From Perkinsus olseni (lineage: Eukaryota), in contig JABANN010000008.1 of the NCBI GenBank assembly GCA_013115125.1, positions 62,001 to 126,000 of the forward strand: a stretch of DNA of 64,000 bases. The letters run 5' to 3'. The notes under the pieces are model-generated. The model saw only the letters and a program-made list of their open reading frames with translations, was not told the origin of the DNA and did no database searches. Below, in pieces: positions 60,801 through 64,000 of the stretch. Made by a program: the position numbers and the translations under genes. Each line of letters opens with the position of its first letter. The stretch's first letter is position 1.

Positions 60801-63800
60801 TTTGCATCGGCGACATACGGATCAGCAGTCAGTACCCTGGGTTGCTCTTTTCTGGGCTCGTCTCTATCACTACGATCCTTCGCGAGACTAGGCAGCAAGC
60901 TATCTGCGCTCGACTCCATAGCTCTAGCGAGCTCATTGTCTCTCCGGGCTGTTGCACGCCTTGGATCATCGTTGTCGGCTTACGGAACTACCAGCCTCGG
61001 CTCAGCTGTATCGGTCGTCGGCTGCACGGCTCTCGGCTCCTCCCTGTCCCTCCGCAGCTTCGCCCGTTTCGGTAGCAAGGTAACAGCATTCGACTGCACC
61101 AACTTGGCCAGTTCCTTGTCCCTACGAAGCACGGCTCGCCTCGGCAGCAGTATTTCGGTCCTCAGCACCGCAAGTCTCGGCGCTGCTGTCTCCACAGTGG
61201 GGGCAGGCCACTTCGGAAGCTCTCTGTCTTTGCGCTCATTCGCCAGGCTCGGTTCCGAGACTTCCATGCTGGACTTTGTCAACTGCGGCAGTAGCTTGTC
61301 CATGCGGGCCTTCTCGAGGCTGGGCAGCAAGATCTCGGTCACCGACTTCGCCGCCTTCGGCTCCTCGCTGTCGTTGAGGTCCTTCGGTCGGTTCGGGAGC
61401 AAGCAGTCGATGCTGGACTTCGTGCTGATCGCCAGCTCCCTCTCCCTGCGCAGCGTGACTAGACTGGGCTCCGGTCTGTCTGTAGCTGGGCTCGCCAGGA
61501 TCGGTTCAGTGTACAAGCTCTCTGTAGTAGCTTCCTCGACCATCAGCAGCTCGCTTTCTCTGAGGTCTATGGCACGGCTAGGAAGCGGAATCTCAGTGAC
61601 AGGTGTTGCTCGCTTGTCCTCTACGGCATCGGTATTGGGCCAAGTCCGATTTGGCGACGCGGTCTCGACTCTGGGCTCGATGACTCTGGGGTCCACCCTT
61701 TCCCTGCGATCCTTCGCAAGGCTCGGCGGTGTGACATCTGTCTTCGATACTGCTTCCTGCGGAAGCTCCCTCTCTCTGCGCTCCTTGGGCAGGCTGGGCA
61801 GCTCCTGTTCTGTGACTGGGCAGAGCCGCATGGGTGATGCTGTTTCGGCCCTAGGCTGTACCGGCCTCGGATCCTCTCTGTCTCTGCGTGCCATGGCCCG
61901 CCTCGGATCCGGAGTGTCGGTCACTGGCCTTGCCCGCCTCGGCTCCGTCTACAAGGTTTCGGTCATATCTTCGACTATTTTAGGAAGCTCCCTGTCCATC
62001 CGATCCTTCTCGAAACTCGCTGGTACGGTGTCCTTCCTGGATTATACTGTCATCGGCTCGTCGATGTCCCTCCGTGCCATGGCGAGGTTCGGCAGCAGCG
62101 TGTCGGTTGTGGGCGTGGCTAAGATTGAAGGAGCTCTCTCTGTTATGGACCGAGTACGCTTCGGCTCTGTCCTGTCGGTGTTGGACGCCACACAGTTCGG
62201 TTCGTCACTGTCCATTCGCTCCTTCGCCCGACTCGGCTCCAAAACCTCTGTCATGGACTATGTGCAGCTCGGCTCTGCGCTCTCACTGAGGTCAGCACTT
62301 CGTTTGGGTAGCGGCTTCTCGACATTGGGTGCCGTTCGCCTCGCCTCCGCGTTGAGCGTGGCTGACAGCGGCCACTTCGGCAGTTCACTATCCCTCCGCA
62401 GCTTCGCTCGGGCAGGGTCATGTGTGTCAGTCCTGGAGCGCGTTGCCTTCAGTAGCTCCCTGTCACTGCGTAGCTTCGCTCGCATGGGCAGCCGAGCCAC
62501 GGTAGTTGATTTCGCTCATATGGGTTCGACTCTGTCGATGCGCTCCTTCTCGAGGCTCGGCAGTGGTATGAGCATCTACTCCACCACCCGCCTCGGTGAG
62601 ATGGTATCGGTCGTGCAAGAGATTCACCTCGGCTCATCGCTCTCCTTGCGGTCATTCGCCAGGATAGGCTCCTACGCAAGCGTCACGGACTATGTGCAGC
62701 TGAGCTCATCTCTGAGCGTACGGTCCATAGCAAGAATAGGGTCAGCGATGAGCGTAACGGGGGTCCTTCGATTCGGCTCTATCGTCGCTCTCTCTGTCGT
62801 TGGCTACACCCACCTGGGGTCCTCTCTGTCTCTTCACAGCTTCGCTCGGCTGGGTAGTGGTATATCGGTTGCCGCTCCAGCGCACTTCGGCAGCGCGGTG
62901 TCTTCCCAGGCGTTCACTAGGGTCGGCGACGTCCTATCTGTTCTCGGCTCGACCGCTCTGGGCTCATCTCTCTCGCTACGGTCGTTCTCACGCCTAGGCA
63001 GCAGGGTGTCTCTGGTGGATCAAGCAGCACTTGGAAGCTCCCTCAGCCTGCGCTCCTTCGCCAGGCTGGGCAGCACTGTTTCAGTAACGGACTCGGTGAG
63101 AATCAGCTCTGGCCTCTCGGTAGTGTCTGTCGCCAAATATGGCGATGCTCTCACGCTTCTCGGCAGAGCTCAGCTAGGGAGCAGTTTATCTCTGAGAAGC
63201 TTCGCTCGTCTCTGCGGGAAAGTTTCCGTCCTTGATGCTACTGCTCTCGGAAGTGCGCTATCTCTACGGGACTTCGCTCGACTCGGCAGCAGCATATCGC
63301 TGCTAGGCGGTGCCGTCGTTGGTAGCACGTGCTCGGTCCAGGAGCTAACTCGGGTGGGAGCTTCGATCTCGGCTCTCAGCTTCGCCCATCTGAGCTCGTC
63401 CCTGTCGGTTCGCTCCTTCGCTCGCTTCGGCAGCAAGGCCTCGATCCTCGACTTCTTACAGGTTGGCAGCTCCCTTTCCGTCAGAAGCTCCATCCGCTGT
63501 GGTAGCGCAGTGTCTCTCCTGGGCCTGGCTCGGCTTGGCTCGGTTTATAAGCTCAGCGTGATCGACTCGACGTCCTTGGGCTCGTCACTGTCCCTGAGAG
63601 CGGTGACCCGTTTGGGATCCTCGGCGTCCCTCCTGAGCAGCGCTTCTCTCGACAGCTCCTGTTCTGTACTCGACAGCCTCACCTTCGGTAGCGCGCTCTC
63701 CCTGCGAAGCTTCGGCCGACTAGCAAGCAAGGCTAGTGTTCTCGACTTTGCCCAGCTCGGCAGCAGCCTGTCCCTGCGCTGCTCGGCTAGGCTGGGATCC

Positions 63801-64000
63801 GACCTCTCCGTCGTGGGTGTCGCTAAGATCGGTTCGGCTCTATCTGCTATTGGTAGTGCTGAGCTCGGCTCTTCACTATCACTGAGGTCGTTCGCTCGAC
63901 TGGGCTCGAAGCTGACCGCCCTCGACTACGTCAACTTCGGTTCATCTCTGAGCCTCCGCTGCAGTGCCCGGCTGGGATCCTACATGTCCGTCCTCGGCCG
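15696..64000 (+). CDS. Giant secreted 12-residue-repeat protein (at least ~15,870 aa, 3'-partial); predicted beta-solenoid/fibre
   Basis: Exons 15696-15758, 15814-15897, 15943-16060, 16107-16190, 16246-16331, 16377-16485, 16538-16622, 16677-16794, 16847-16921, 16969-17091, 17138-17278, 17329-17395, 17447-17549, 17597-17738 and 17787->64000. All introns are GT-AG and phase-compatible (466 codons before the last exon). The last exon reads in one frame (codon starts divisible by 3), checked at 17787, 30000, 45000, 55020 and 63900. The ORF track lists no terminated ORF in that frame after 17399, consistent with no stop codon. Confidence 0.92.
15759..17786 (+). other. Cluster of 14 short spliceosomal introns (45-55 nt)
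   Basis: Lengths 55, 45, 46, 55, 45, 52, 54, 52, 47, 46, 50, 51, 47 and 48 nt, all GT(A/G)...YAG. Removing them gives a continuous frame and restores the 12-residue register. Confidence 0.85.
17787..64000 (+). repeat. Coding tandem repeat: ~36-nt (12-codon) degenerate unit, ~1,280 copies, with a 108-nt higher-order period
   Basis: Translation such as LGSSLSLRSFAR/LGSGVSAYDRAR/LGSSVSILDFLH continues to the window end. Units are conserved as peptide, not as DNA. Confidence 0.95.

Noticed and set aside
18172-62997. Short + strand ORFs rich in Ser/Ala/Pro/Cys/Trp (SAAPCRC...)
   Set aside because: Out-of-frame readings of the giant exon.
17013-63730. Many minus-strand ORFs (up to 324 aa) with RELPSLAKxRxD-like repeats
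   Set aside because: They are the antisense shadow of the giant gene in the frame that shares wobble positions. A stop can arise there only opposite sense Tyr, His or Gln codons, which are uncommon. The ORFs end at such sites (e.g. 24131, opposite GAC-TAC). They are fragmented while the sense frame is continuous.
17787-64000. ~36-nt periodicity as a CRISPR array or satellite DNA
   Set aside because: There is no invariant repeat with unique spacers. Variation is concentrated at synonymous positions and indels are whole codons, so the periodicity is protein-coding. The context is eukaryotic and no cas genes are present.
1-64000. Bacterial origin or a mobile element, suggested by the PFOR domain and giant ORF
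   Set aside because: Spliceosomal introns, PUS10 and UBC6 show the window is eukaryotic. I saw no transposase, reverse transcriptase, integrase, LTR or terminal inverted repeat.

Overview
Gene-dense eukaryotic DNA with many 45-55 nt GT-AG introns. Together with a pyruvate:NADP+ oxidoreductase gene, this suggests a Perkinsus-like alveolate (inference). The first ~15 kb holds PUS10 (+), a Ubc6/UBE2J-type E2 (+), a PFOR-CPR fusion PNO (-) with a mitochondrial-type presequence, and several poorly resolved hypothetical genes. The main feature is absent from the ORF track because it has no stop codon in the window: a single + strand gene from ATG 15696 to beyond 64000. It has a signal peptide, 14 small introns within its first 2.1 kb, then one uninterrupted exon of at least 46.2 kb. 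It encodes at least ~15,870 aa, made of roughly 1,280 degenerate 12-residue units (consensus LGSSLSLRSFAR) arranged in higher-order patterns that change along the chain. I interpret it as a giant secreted beta-solenoid/beta-helical fibre, possibly related to phage tail fibres. The many minus-strand 'RELPSLAK' ORFs are its antisense shadow.
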